Made by a program: the position numbers and the translations under genes. The notes under the pieces are model-generated. The model was not told where the DNA came from. It saw only the letters and a list, made by a program, of their open reading frames with translations, and did no database searches. A stretch of DNA of 64,000 nt from Camelus ferus (lineage: Eukaryota), in the NCBI RefSeq assembly GCF_009834535.1, contig NC_045696.1:19470001-19534000 (forward strand), read 5' to 3'. Positions within the stretch are counted from its first letter, which is position 1. Each line of letters opens with the position of its first letter. Shown piece by piece: positions 27,550 through 39,159 of the stretch.

Positions 27550-28625
27550 AATTGTGGAGATTTCAGCTAAGATCCCACTTTCTGCCTAGCTAGAGGTAAT
27601 TCAGTCAGCTGACAGGGTCCACCTCAGGTGTAGAGAGCCATTTCTAACACAGCTGAACTCTTCCCAGAGGAGCTTGCACCTGAGTAATGGAGGAAGCAGG
27701 GGTATAAAGGACTGGCCATTTTAGCCTGAAGTAGACATTCTGTAGGGTAATCCTTGAGAGTTCCTTGATGAGGCGTCATCATGCCCCCAGCAAAGTCCAA
27801 CTTCCCTTCTGCCTGATCCAAGTCCTGATTCTTTTTATAAGACATGATGCAGTCCAAACTACATCTCTGTGTCTGCTACTGGATAATAAAATGTAGAGAT
27901 GTTTATATCAAAACTAAGAGTCTCTGATAAAGCAGGTGATAAGAAAGGGTATTCATCAGTAAGTGAGAGGCACAGGGCTTTTGAAATGTACACATGGAAA
28001 AGCTGCCTAAGCACTGAGTGGTGCACAAGGCTGTCGTGCCAGCACTGAATGGGGGCAGCAGCAGAAGAGGGCACTGCAACAGGTCTGAGCAGTGGTTCAA
28101 GCAGCCCTGCCACTCGGGCCATGTGATTGATGCACTGAGTCTGATGCCATTTGATATATTAGGGATGGGAAGAAATGTTGAGTGGAATCTGTGGTCACCC
28201 CCAGTAGGAGAATCACAATGAGGTCCCCTGGTTTTGTGAACATTGCAGTACAATATGCAGTACAGAATTAAATATTTTTTTAAAAAATCCTGGTATGCTA
28301 CTGAGCAAGAATTAATGACTGGCCAGGGAATCAGGATCAGACCAGGTGGCCATGTAACTGGACCTGCCCACTCAGACCTGGCTACTGACCATCACAAGTT
28401 CATGCTGCTCAATAACAAGTTATTACAAATGAAGTGGTTCATACAAGATGGATCATGTTCTCTTGAGAGCCCCTTATCCGGTTGATTGAGATTTTGTGGC
28501 ACCTGCATTACAGTTCAATTACCCCATATTCCCAATTTTGCTTCCTCTTCTCCTTTCAAAGCTGTTTATCCCTAATAAACATCTTGAACCTCGGTCTCCC
28601 CTTGAAAACTGCTTCTGTAGACATA
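27550..28625 (+). mobile_element. Degenerate ERVL-type element: pol remnant with LTR-like flanks
   Basis: About 28070-28450 translates, with stops and frameshifts, to ALQQV*AVVQAALPLGPCD...WNLWSPPVGESQ*GPL...MKWFIQD, resembling ERV-L pol (QQVQAAVQAALPLGPYD...WSLWQAPIGESQ.RPL...WKWYIRD, recalled); cctaataaacatcttg...ctgcttct resembles an LTR16-type 3' end. Confidence 0.7.
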
Positions 28626-29156
28626 TAAGTATTGAAAAGGGATCTATAATGAATTCATCTTATAAAGACACATCATAAGGTATGCAAAATAATCCTTCCC
28701 AGTCTCCCATCTCTACCAAATTTCATCATTCCCTCTACAATCATATGCTTCTGCCACTTGAAATACTGCAAAGAATATCCATGCTAGGTCCACTCAGAGG
28801 GTTTATAAGCTAGGAAAGAAGAGAAATCAGAGAGCTATAATATTAAAAATACAACATAATATAATATACTAAAATATAAATACAGTATAATGTAAGACAT
28901 ATGATGTTGCTTGCTCATTCTAGGGGAGAGAGAATTTTTGTGTCAGAGCACTTCCAAGGAGGAGTGACTGTGAGAGCATGTTGTAGGTTGACCAGGTTTA
29001 AGAGAGTAATTCTAGACAGTGTTGAAAGTACTTAGGCCTATCTGATAAGGAAACTGTGAGCAAGATTGAAGTGTCACTTTTAAAGGAAATAAACCATGGG
29101 GCCTCAGTGAGAATATGTGTGCTTAGGGCAGAAAGTTTAAGTCAAAACTATGTTAT

Positions 29157-29937
29157 AAAAAGTCCACAAATGATAAATGCTGGAGAAGGTGTGAAGAAAA
29201 GGGAATCCTCCTTCACTATTGGTGGGAATGAAGTTTGGTGTAGCCATTACGGAAAACAGTATGGAGATTGCCACAAAAGATTAAAAATAGATTTACCATA
29301 CAATCCAGCAATCCCATTCCTGGGCATATATCTAGAGGGAACACTAATTTGAAAATACTCATGCACCCCAATGTTCATAGCAGCAGTATTTGCAATAGTC
29401 AAGACATGGAAACAACCTAAATGTACATTGACCGATGCCTGGATAAAGAAGTTATGGTATATTTATACAATGGAATATTACTCAGCTATAAAAATAATTA
29501 AAATAATGCTATTTGAAGCAACATGGATGGACATGGAGATTGTCATTCTAAGAGAAGTAGGCCAGAAGGAGAAAGAAAAACACCATATATAATCACTTAG
29601 ATGTGAAATCTAAAAAAAAAGATGAACTTATTTACAAAACAGAGACAGACTCACACACATAGAAAACAAACTTATGGTTACCAGGGAGGGATGTGGGTGG
29701 GAAGGGATAAATTGGGAATTTGAGATTTGCAGATACTAACTACTATATATAAAATAGATCAACAACAAGTTCATGCTGTATAGCACAGGGAACTATATTC
29801 AATATCTTGTAGTAACCTATAATGAAAAAGAATATGAAAACAAATATATGTATGTATACATATGGCTGAACTATTATGATGTACACCAGAAATTGACACA
29901 ATATTGCAAACTTACTATAATTTAATAAAAATTTTTA
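29157..29937 (+). mobile_element. 5'-truncated LINE-1 (ORF2 C-terminus plus 3' UTR) with perfect 13-bp TSD
   Basis: Peptides LPYNPAIPFLGIY and MFIAAVFAIVKTWKQPKC...[17 protein letters not shown] aaaactatgttat at 29144-29156 and 29938-29950. Confidence 0.95.
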
Positions 29938-30187
29938 AAAACTATGTTATTTATCTAATAGTCAAATTATTGATGTACATTTTATAGTAAACCTAATTAA
30001 GATTATTCCACATTTCATACGTCTGTCAGCATAAAGCATTTGTTATTCTGGTAAATATCTATACAATATCTTTAAAAAATGGTACATCTCTTTGACAAAG
30101 GAAGAACAAATGCCAGAAACACATTCTAAAGTGTTAGGATTGGTCCCAGTGGGGTTACCCAGCTTGTCACCTGACCACGTTTTGCTT

Positions 30188-30376
30188 TTATGTTTTTCTC
30201 TAAGTTACATATTTACATTCATGCCTATCATCCAAATATTAGGGCTATGCAGTGGAACACTTAATGACAAGGTGATTTCATTTCATAAAAAGTCAAGTCT
30301 TAAGTGTTCCTCTCCATAGCCCTAATGTTTGGATAATGGGCAAGAATGTAAATATGTAATTAAGAGAAAAACATAA
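30188..30376. repeat. Long inverted repeat: 77-bp arms (69/77 match) with a 35-bp spacer
   Basis: 30188-30264 aligned by hand to the reverse complement of 30300-30376; the ORF track shows near-identical peptides on both strands (LCFSLSYIFTFMPIIQILGL / LCFSLNYIFTFLPIIQTLGL). Confidence 0.95.
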
Positions 30377-30700
30377 ATGCAAAGCAAAACCTAACAAGGC
30401 AAGGGTGAGGAGGTCAACTGTGCAGTGTTCCATCCCAGGAAACTGTCTCTCCAAAAAATCTGATGTGCTTGCACTCCACACATGCATCTCCAGAGGGCAG
30501 CTACTTTGACATCTGTCCCACAGAGAGCACACAAGGCAGGGACAGCCCAAGAAGAATGACAGCACCAGAAAAATGAGAGGTATCTGACTCCTTTCCTCTT
30601 TCCAAGAGAAGATGTAGTTCATGCCACCTCCCCACTCTCAGCTCCCCAGGTTGTGGTTCAGAGAAAATGGGAGAGATAAAAGTTGGACTTTGTAAGTTTT

Positions 30701-30832
30701 TTATTTTTTAATTTATTTTTTTATTGAAGTGTCATCAGTTACAATGTGTCAATTTCTGCTGTACGGCACAATGTCCCAGTCATGCATGTACATACATATA
30801 TTTGTTTTCATATTCTTTTTCATTAAAGGTTA
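30701..30832 (-). mobile_element. 132-bp L1 3'-terminal insertion with 18-bp TSD
   Basis: Reverse complement matches the L1 3' end at 29813-29930; TSD ttggactttgtaagtttt (30683-30700) / ttggactttataagtttt (30833-30850), followed by aaa (TTTT/AA endonuclease site). Confidence 0.93.
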
Positions 30833-32953
30833 TTGGACTTTATAAGTTTTAAACTGCACAGGACTTAACTGAATGTATTTGTACTTGAAGGTGACCATAA
30901 ATTTATAGTGTTTGCTAAAGATGTTAAATAACAGAAAATGAGATTCAAAAAATGAGTAAAACCAGTCACTGGATTAATAAAATCACGTTTGTACTACCCT
31001 GAGTTGATATCATGAAGTAGTCTGGCTACATAATTGTAATCTGATTCAAGGAACTCATTAACATATCTATGAAAGAAGAGTAAGTCAAGGAAAACAAAAA
31101 AAGTTTCAGTGCAGGTATTTTCCTCATGTAAGGGGGAGAAAGCTCCAACCACAGGACTTTAAGTATTTTGGTCTTACTGGCAAGCTTTAAGCTGTCCCAG
31201 TCTGAAGCCACTAAATGTCATATTCATGTGACTTTGGTTACTGACATTAGAGACTCACCAAACAAGTTTCTGACTCACAATTTCTTTCCCACATGATATA
31301 CATACAGATAAAGAATGTACTTACCATGTAGACTCCAGAAAGTCTCATTCAAATACAAAGAAATTCAAAAATGAATGCCTCATTTTTGGGACGGTGATTT
31401 TTCATTATAAATTAACAAATGTTCTTTGTTATTATGTATCACTTTTATAATCATGGAAATCTGCTTCTGAGAGATGTATACATGGGGCACAAAATCACAT
31501 TTTTGAACCTGAAAAACTCGGCCAGTCCAACGGCCATTATAAATCCTCCCTGGTGTTGCAACTATGTATGAAGTCTTGGGAAAATACATTCACCTTCTCC
31601 CTCTCACCCAGCGTGGAGGGGTGGGGTGTGGCAGTACCATTCTGCCAAGTGTAATTTCTGCGATGTTCAGACTTCATACTTCTCTTCTTCATGTTTGTGC
31701 TTGAATAACCACTCTGAGTGTTCTGCAGTGTCAGAAAGACTTTATTTTCTCTTTCTGTCTCTCACTTTTCACCCTCTCGTCTTCTCTCTCTTAAAAAAAT
31801 ATGCCTGCATCTAGGATAATGATTTGTTTTACTAGAGTTGAACTCACTCATTACTCTTTTGTGAGTGATCTTTGTAAGTCTTCTCTCTTGCATGATATAG
31901 CATGTGCACAAAGAACATTAACTATCTCTCATCATTAAAAGAAATGATAAGAGCTGACCTGTTTGGGGGCATTATTTGGAGAATGTGGGGGATGATGATT
32001 GATCATATTTCTGACACTTCTATCAAAAACCTATAGCTACTCTCAGTCAAAACTGAACAAGCAGGTGCCAACACAGGTGAGTTTAGAATTTTATCTGTTC
32101 TGTCTCCATTGTCCACTAGGACAGTTCTTCACAGGAGGGCTCATACCGCTTTTAGAACCCTTACACCATATATGTTAGGGTCAAGGCAGAACCTCAGAGC
32201 AGGGAAACTATGCGGTAATACTTCCTTCAGTATTTTATACTGTCTTTTTGGGCCACTCAATGTAGTTCTGTCACAACTAACATAATAAAAATCTGGTAAT
32301 TTATTATTATTCCCTAATTTAGTTTCTTCTCCAAATAATGGGAAAAACAAATCACATTTTTACAATGTGATGAAGTTCCACATGAGTGAAAAGAAGTGTT
32401 GTAAATTGTTTTAACTTCTCAGAATTAGCTAATTCTACTATTCAAAATGCCATGATTCGTTGTAAAATTTTGAGTTTTCAAAACACAATTGTGAAGTAAA
32501 TTTGGTGTGCAAGGTCAATTTTTATAGATGGCTTCATAAATACATACACAAGACATCTACATTTTACATTATGATTTTCATACATCCTTATGAAAGAATT
32601 ACTATTAATAAGTGAAAAACAAAACCAAACGCACATTTGACAACATTCAGCCATCAAATGTAACATGTCAGCAATTTATTTTCCAACACGGAAGTTTTAA
32701 ATACTAACTTTTTTCCTCCATGGGATTAAACTCTGGTAATTTTGCTAAGCTCTTTAATCTTTACTAAAGATGGGAACTTTTCTATGCTTCATTAAAGCTA
32801 TTCTCAAGAATCAGACAGTGGAAGTGTCTTCCCAACTTTATCTTATTAAAAGAATTTAAAAAGCACATGTTGAAGGAAAATAAAAAGCTAATCACCCAGG
32901 TATATTGAAGATCAGGCTGAATTAGCCACCGCACTTTGGAATCACTGACTTAC

Positions 32954-33127
32954 TTTGAACTCCATGGGAGCGTACTATTTTCCAGGTTTCTGACGACACC
33001 TCTTTGACGTCCACCTGATAGTGGTGAATAGGCACACCTCCGTGGGAGTCCGGCTTGCTGAAAGAGACCTTGGCTGTGGTCTGTGACAGCTCTATAATCT
33101 TCACTCCGTAGGGACTGGATGGCACAT
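32954..33127 (-). CDS. NCAM2: NCAM2 coding exon (probably exon 12), first half of FnIII-1, 174 nt, phase 1 to 1
   Basis: Acceptor ttcctttgtag|ATGTG, donor AAA|gtaagt; encodes [58 protein letters not shown] (ORF 32922..33179). Confidence 0.96.
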
Positions 33128-33434
33128 CTACAAAGGAATGAAAAAAAGGAACTATAACCCAGGTAACGTGGATGGCCACTATTAAGACGGTGCTCTGAGG
33201 AACAGGAACAAAGGAAAACTGCTGCCTACATCACTTAGCATATTTGAATTACAAAGCTTGCATAAACCGCTGAATGATCTCTTCAGACTGCAAGAAAGTA
33301 GACACTTTATTACCATAGCAAATAAAGAGTAAAATATTCAATATCAAATTTCATTTATTGAGGGAATAATATGACTTCTGTCTTTACTATGCAACATAGT
33401 GATTTATTTGCATTCAAAACAAGCTCGTGAGTCA

Positions 33435-33461
33435 GTGTGTGTGTGTGTGTGTGTGTGTGTG
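33435..33461. repeat. (GT)n microsatellite
   Basis: Read directly. Confidence 0.95.
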
Positions 33462-35479
33462 AGAGGGAGAATGCAAGTACAACTAAAATATAAGACGAAA
33501 TAGAGACTTTATTTAATCATTAGCATAAATAATTATCTTTTGTGAAAATGTGAGATTATTTTCTTTTTGTTCATTAAATTATATCAATAATTTGGCTGCA
33601 AGTGTTAAGTTTAGAGAAATTGTCATTATGAACCAAAAACAACTGTAAGTTATGTTCTAAAATTTCATTTATGTATCAATTAATTAAAATAAATCTTTAG
33701 TTGAGATATTTAAGCTTTAATTCCTGTATTTAAAAAAACAGCTATAAAATCTTCCTTTTGTGTGTATTTGTATTAATCCATTACTCACACTATTTCAAAC
33801 TCTGAAGATATCCTGGGTGAAACTTCATTTTATTTTCTAGTACAGAAAGCTTTATAAAGAATTAGTTGAAAGGCTGAAAAGGCAACAAGAGACAGTAAGC
33901 GAGAAAAGAGTTTTGATGAGGAAAATCAATGAAACCTCTGCTCGAGAAACATGAATAATCAGAAGCATGTTAAACATTAAAGATCTCTCAATCTCTCCTT
34001 CTTTCGCATTTGAACAAAACATAAAGATTGGAAATGTACACATAACTTATGTAAATGATATGCATATATTACATAAATATATAAATAAATACATAGTTCC
34101 ATGTTTGGAATTAACCTTACAAAAACAAAAAGAAAAAGATACTTGATTGAAAATAAAGTAACAATGGTATAGGATGATCCAAAATAAAAAAGAAAAAGAA
34201 AGAAAAGAAAACAATACAGTAAATGTAAATTTCTGTTCCGATACAATCAAACATTCATATAAAAATCTCTGGTTGCTGTCAAAAGTCAAATGTGTCTTAT
34301 TTGCTAGAGTTAAAAAGAACACTGTAGATCACATAAAAATATGCCTTATAAATGGTCCTGGGTAAGACCCAAGAAGGCAGATTTATGGCCTTTTGGATAT
34401 GAATATTGTAAAGAAATCTAACAGTGTACATTTCAGTTCTAATTAGTAATTGTAAATAATTTGGAGATTTTTATGAAGTGCAGTATGTTATAATTCTAAA
34501 GTTCAGAACTAAATGTGCAGTATACGGTGACATTCCAAAGTCATATTGCTATTAAAATCTTATCTGGAAATAAACATTTTAAATTATCTTGATAATTTAT
34601 TTAAGCTGTCATATACAAACATTATCATAGTTTTCATGTTTCTTTAATTCCTAGGTTATAACTGTAGGTTCTTTTCATCTGCAGATTTGATCTAAAGTTT
34701 GCAGAGAAAAAAATACATGCACATTGGTTGTTCTAAATAAAACTGCCAATTCTTCACCCCACAGAGTGACTCTCTAATGCCAACTAGGTCTAAGTTGGAT
34801 ATCACAGCAATCATAACCTTTAGTTTGACGATACATTTCAAAAGGAAAGGTTGTAAGTACTGGAAGAGGAGGCAGAGATGCATTCTTCTGCACCCCAGCC
34901 TTTGACCTTACATGTGTACATGGTTCTGGGTTCTTACCCTGAGTGCAGAAGTAGCCACCATTTGCTAAGCTGTACACCAACCACGAAATAAGAGTCTTTA
35001 TTTCTCAGCACAAAAGTACCATCACCAAAATATCAGCCAGAGGGTATCTTTTTCTAGACATATAGATTATTTTCAGACCTGCTGACTCTCATTCTGTTTT
35101 TTTCATTTAAATGTATTTTTTTTGGCTTCTCCTTTCTGTTTACCTGACTAAAAAGAAAAGCATGTTTATGACTATAGCTTTAGAATCTTCCTTAACATTC
35201 TTTTTTATATTCTGATTTTATATGTCCAGCCACTTACTGACTACCAAATTATGAATTTTTTTTGAAGAAGGGGACAAAATATTTGACGTACAGAATTTAT
35301 ACACACATACGTCCATACATGTATCACTGAAAAAAGTGACTAGAACACACTCAGTCCTCAGGAAATATATGATGAATTAAATATTTCAGTAATTAAAGAG
35401 AGTTTACAAAGGAACAGAAAATGTCCAAGTGAACAGTGTCCGATATGTCTCGATCCAAAATCTCTCTTCTCTGCACTTT

Positions 35480-35860
35480 CTCAATTGTTCTGTAATAACA
35501 TTCATCCTTGATTCTACCTCTGATATGAATCAAAATTAGTCACAAAGTTATTTTCACTTTCCTGCATTATAATTCTTGCATTCATCTTTTCCTTCTTGTT
35601 TCCACTGCTAATTCCCTAGCTTCAGGCTCTATCTGCTTCTACCTGTAATGCCATTAGTGGCTCTCAGCTTCCTTTTCTATTGGACACTCCACCAAATTTC
35701 AATCCATATGGCACATAAATGCAAAATCAATCTAAAGCACCACTCTAATCACATTACTTCCCTGAGGAGGATATTCAGGAGCTTCCTCCTCCTTACAACA
35801 TCAAACTTAGACTTTTCAGTCAGGCTTTCACAAGCCTGAAATGTCTAACCTCACTGGTTG
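35480..35860 (+). mobile_element. L2 fragment
   Basis: tctaaagcaccactctaatcacattacttccctg...gcttcctc...catcaaacttagactttt...ggctttcacaagcc; boundaries approximate. Confidence 0.55.
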
Positions 35861-36089
35861 TATGCAAACAGAAGATCATATAGTAAAAGGTTATTAAACA
35901 CAGCCCAGTGTTTCAAAGGGGGCTTGTGGATGCTGAATTCCAAACACAACGCTCCCATCATTAGCATATTTTTCTAAATTATTTCTCAGCACTTTCCATC
36001 TCAATAATTAATGAATGCCATCAATCACTGAATACATAAATAGAACAATCATGCAAACATGTTTATTTACTCTTTCTTTTCACCTCTGC

Positions 36090-36660
36090 TAGTACAAATA
36101 TACAGTTGGATGAAGAGCTTGGATGTATATCACCAGAATCTATGGATCCAAAGTCTGGTCATGTTACTTTTGTCAACTGCAACCTTGGACACATCTCTTA
36201 ATCCTTTTCAAGCATTAGTATTTTTCTCCCTAAGATGGAGATTAGAATAATATCGCTTCTCAGGATGCTATGAGGATTAATTAGTGCTGAACACTTAAAT
36301 CAGAACCTGAAATATAGTAAGCATCTAGTAAATGTCAGTCATCAGAGTTTTTGCTATCCTTCCCTGATAACTATCCTCTTACTATTTATTTTTTATCCAT
36401 TGACATCTATCAATGTTTTAGTCAAATAGTAGGTAATAGGCACAATATGGAGGTTCAGCTTAGAAACATTTGCTGTGTATGATAGCAAGGAGCTGGTGTC
36501 ATAATCTAGGAGTCAGACAGGAACAGCCTATGGAGTTGCTGTATGACTCCGGGCAAGTTAGACTTACTGGGTCTCTGTTTCTTTATATGCAAAATGTTAA
36601 TAATAACAACACCATTAAAATTGCTGCTGTGAGGGTAACTTGATGGATATAAATCACGGG
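36090..36660 (+). mobile_element. Two MIR fragments (about 36090-36345 and 36490-36660)
   Basis: accttggacacatctcttaatc...taagatggagattagaataata...atgaggattaa; gggcaagttagacttactgggtctctgtttctttatatgcaaaatg. Confidence 0.6.
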
Positions 36661-39159
36661 ACATTTACAAATATTATTCTCACTTATCCTTTCTTTAAAA
36701 AGGCTGTCACTATATAAATAATGCTGATAAACAGTTTGATGTTTAAATATATGCCTGAAGTCATAGTTTGATCAAAGCATAAATGAGAAAACTTATACAA
36801 AGTCTGCCTTGGTAATTTTTTTTCATCGTGTAGTAGATAGAGGAACAATAAGAGGAGTTGCTCCTCTGACGTTAATTATGATAAAACAATAAAATTAAAC
36901 GGAAAGGAACTAAAAGTGAAGTGGAAGTACAAGAAACCTGATGAAAAAGGCAGAGGGCAATAGCAGATATATACACAGATGTTCGGAAACAAATTGGAAA
37001 TGATACATCACATATGATGTGCCTCTGTCTAACAAAAAGGCATCCCAAAGTGAAGACACCCCTTTTATAAAGCAAAATTCTGAGAGCACATACCCAAAGA
37101 TATTCATGTGGAAGAAAAGAGAGTTGAAGAATATAAGGATATGCAAAGGATATCTTGGATGAGCAAGCTTTTTCAAAAACATTGTCAAACTGAAGATGAA
37201 TCATAGGACTACAAAACAGTATTTTCTCAGGATTCAGGATAAGGTGAGAGTCAAAAATGGAGGTAGACTCCAACAGTAACAGAAAAGATGAGTTGTGGAT
37301 GTGTGTGTGTTTTTGATTTTCAAACTCTTTTCCTCCACTGTGTCCTCAAATTCTCAGGCAATAATAGACCTTAATACCAAAAGTGAAAAACAGAAATCAT
37401 CAAGCAAGCTCACTCCAAGGGTACCTGTCACTTCTGGACTAACCTATAATGGAAGTCTGCCCTCCTCTTTTCCGAGACTAAACCCTCTATTTCTGAATGG
37501 CATTTCTTTTACTCTTCTCTTCTGCACAACACTGCCTCATCAGGTAGCTCTTTTCTTCCTTTTTCTTCTCTTCTGAAGTTTCACTTTCTCTTTCTTCTCT
37601 GTTTTATTGCCATGAACTATAAAGATCTCCCAAATGACAAACTTTCTTCAGTCCTCCTCTCTTCCCAGGCAACAAACTCTTCTCTGGTTTCCCTGTCACA
37701 CTGCTTGAATAGGTTGTTCCTACCTTCTGTCCCAACAGCTTTATTTTTTCTGGAAATTTGGTTTCCTAGAATTCTGGGAAGCTGACTACTAAGACATGGT
37801 TCAGTGTCAGTGACTCAGTTCTTTCCCCACAGATGAGGAGATGTGATATACCTGAACTTAGATAATCGGAAGAGTTTGATAATTGTCAGCTTTCTTAAGT
37901 GAAAGTACTTAAGTGAATATTTATATTTATTTATCCAGAATCGTGTTTGAAATCTTATCTTAAATATTTTCTATTGATACTCTGCACCCATTTCTGTCAT
38001 CTAAGCTAGTCCTCTTTATCATAAGGTATGGGAGGCAAACATTTTTATTTCCAAGACTCACTTGCTGCTATGGTTGTTAGCACCATGAAGGTACTTAAAC
38101 TGAGTTGCACCTGTTGGTGGCTTAAAATGCTAATGGAAAGTGAGTACCATCCCCACTTTTCTGAGGAGGTGCACTTGGACAAGAGAATCTAGAGATGTGG
38201 CTGATGGAAGCAGCTGTATTCCCTACTTCATAGTCTAGTCACACAGTTTCTGGTGCCAGGTAGCTCTGATATCAGCAGAGGGGCAGCTTGGCTCTAGCAC
38301 TTTGTGACCTTTGGTTAGTAGCTGCAGACTTGACCTTGGACTTCACTTGAGGTATATTGCGACCTTGAGGCCTGAGGACTGGTGGCTGTCTCACATCTCC
38401 TCTGCCCTCAGCCTCTCTAATGACTGTATGTTGAGTCTCTAATGACTCAACTGTCTATAATAAATTATTTTCTTCTTGGTTTCTTCAGCAGTCTCCATCT
38501 GATAAAAGTCCCAAATATTAAGGGAATTACCAACCAAAGAATTGAATTTCCTAGATTTATGAAGACTCTACTGTGTAGAGCATCACTATCAACTGCATGC
38601 ACTTCAGGGACCATTCTGAGATGGGTTCCATCTGCTTCTGCTCAGAGTGGTCACCTTATTTCCAACAAACATTATATTTTTATACTGACATAGCTATTTC
38701 AGTTGTAAACTTAATCTGACGTTCTAGCCAACCTGTGTCACATCTGAAACCCTGAAAATTCCTTCTCATTTCTTTGCCCATCTGGTTTTCTCCAAATGCC
38801 AAATCAAATCATTATCTATTGATTTTTTTCACAACGTTTGATCACATATGTTTAAAATTTTCTTCTCACAAGTAGTTTTACTAACTCTGAATAATTCTTT
38901 TCAATTTTATCTGTTCATATACTTTTAAATCCATCAAGTAAGCTGAGGTACTCCAGGGATCTGCCCTTGATTATATCATTTACCTCTAATATTCTCCATT
39001 CATACGCTCATTTAATCCCAAGGTGCCAATGGAAATTATTTCTTTAAATATATCCAAGTCTTGATCCTTGTCACAAGTCATGGAGTCCCACGTCCCATTA
39101 CTAACTGAGCATTTCAACTAACACTCAGAAGCAAATCAAATCAAACACACTGAATCCTT

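Noticed and set aside
31520..31730. Short minus-strand ORF (MKKRSMKSEHRR..., about 51 aa) or cassette exon
   Set aside because: No recognisable homology and a weak acceptor; consistent with chance.
36872..37273. 133-aa minus-strand ORF; likewise 108 aa at 5679-6005 and 113 aa at 55811-56152
   Set aside because: Compositionally biased, no domain similarity; lengths expected by chance in 64 kb.
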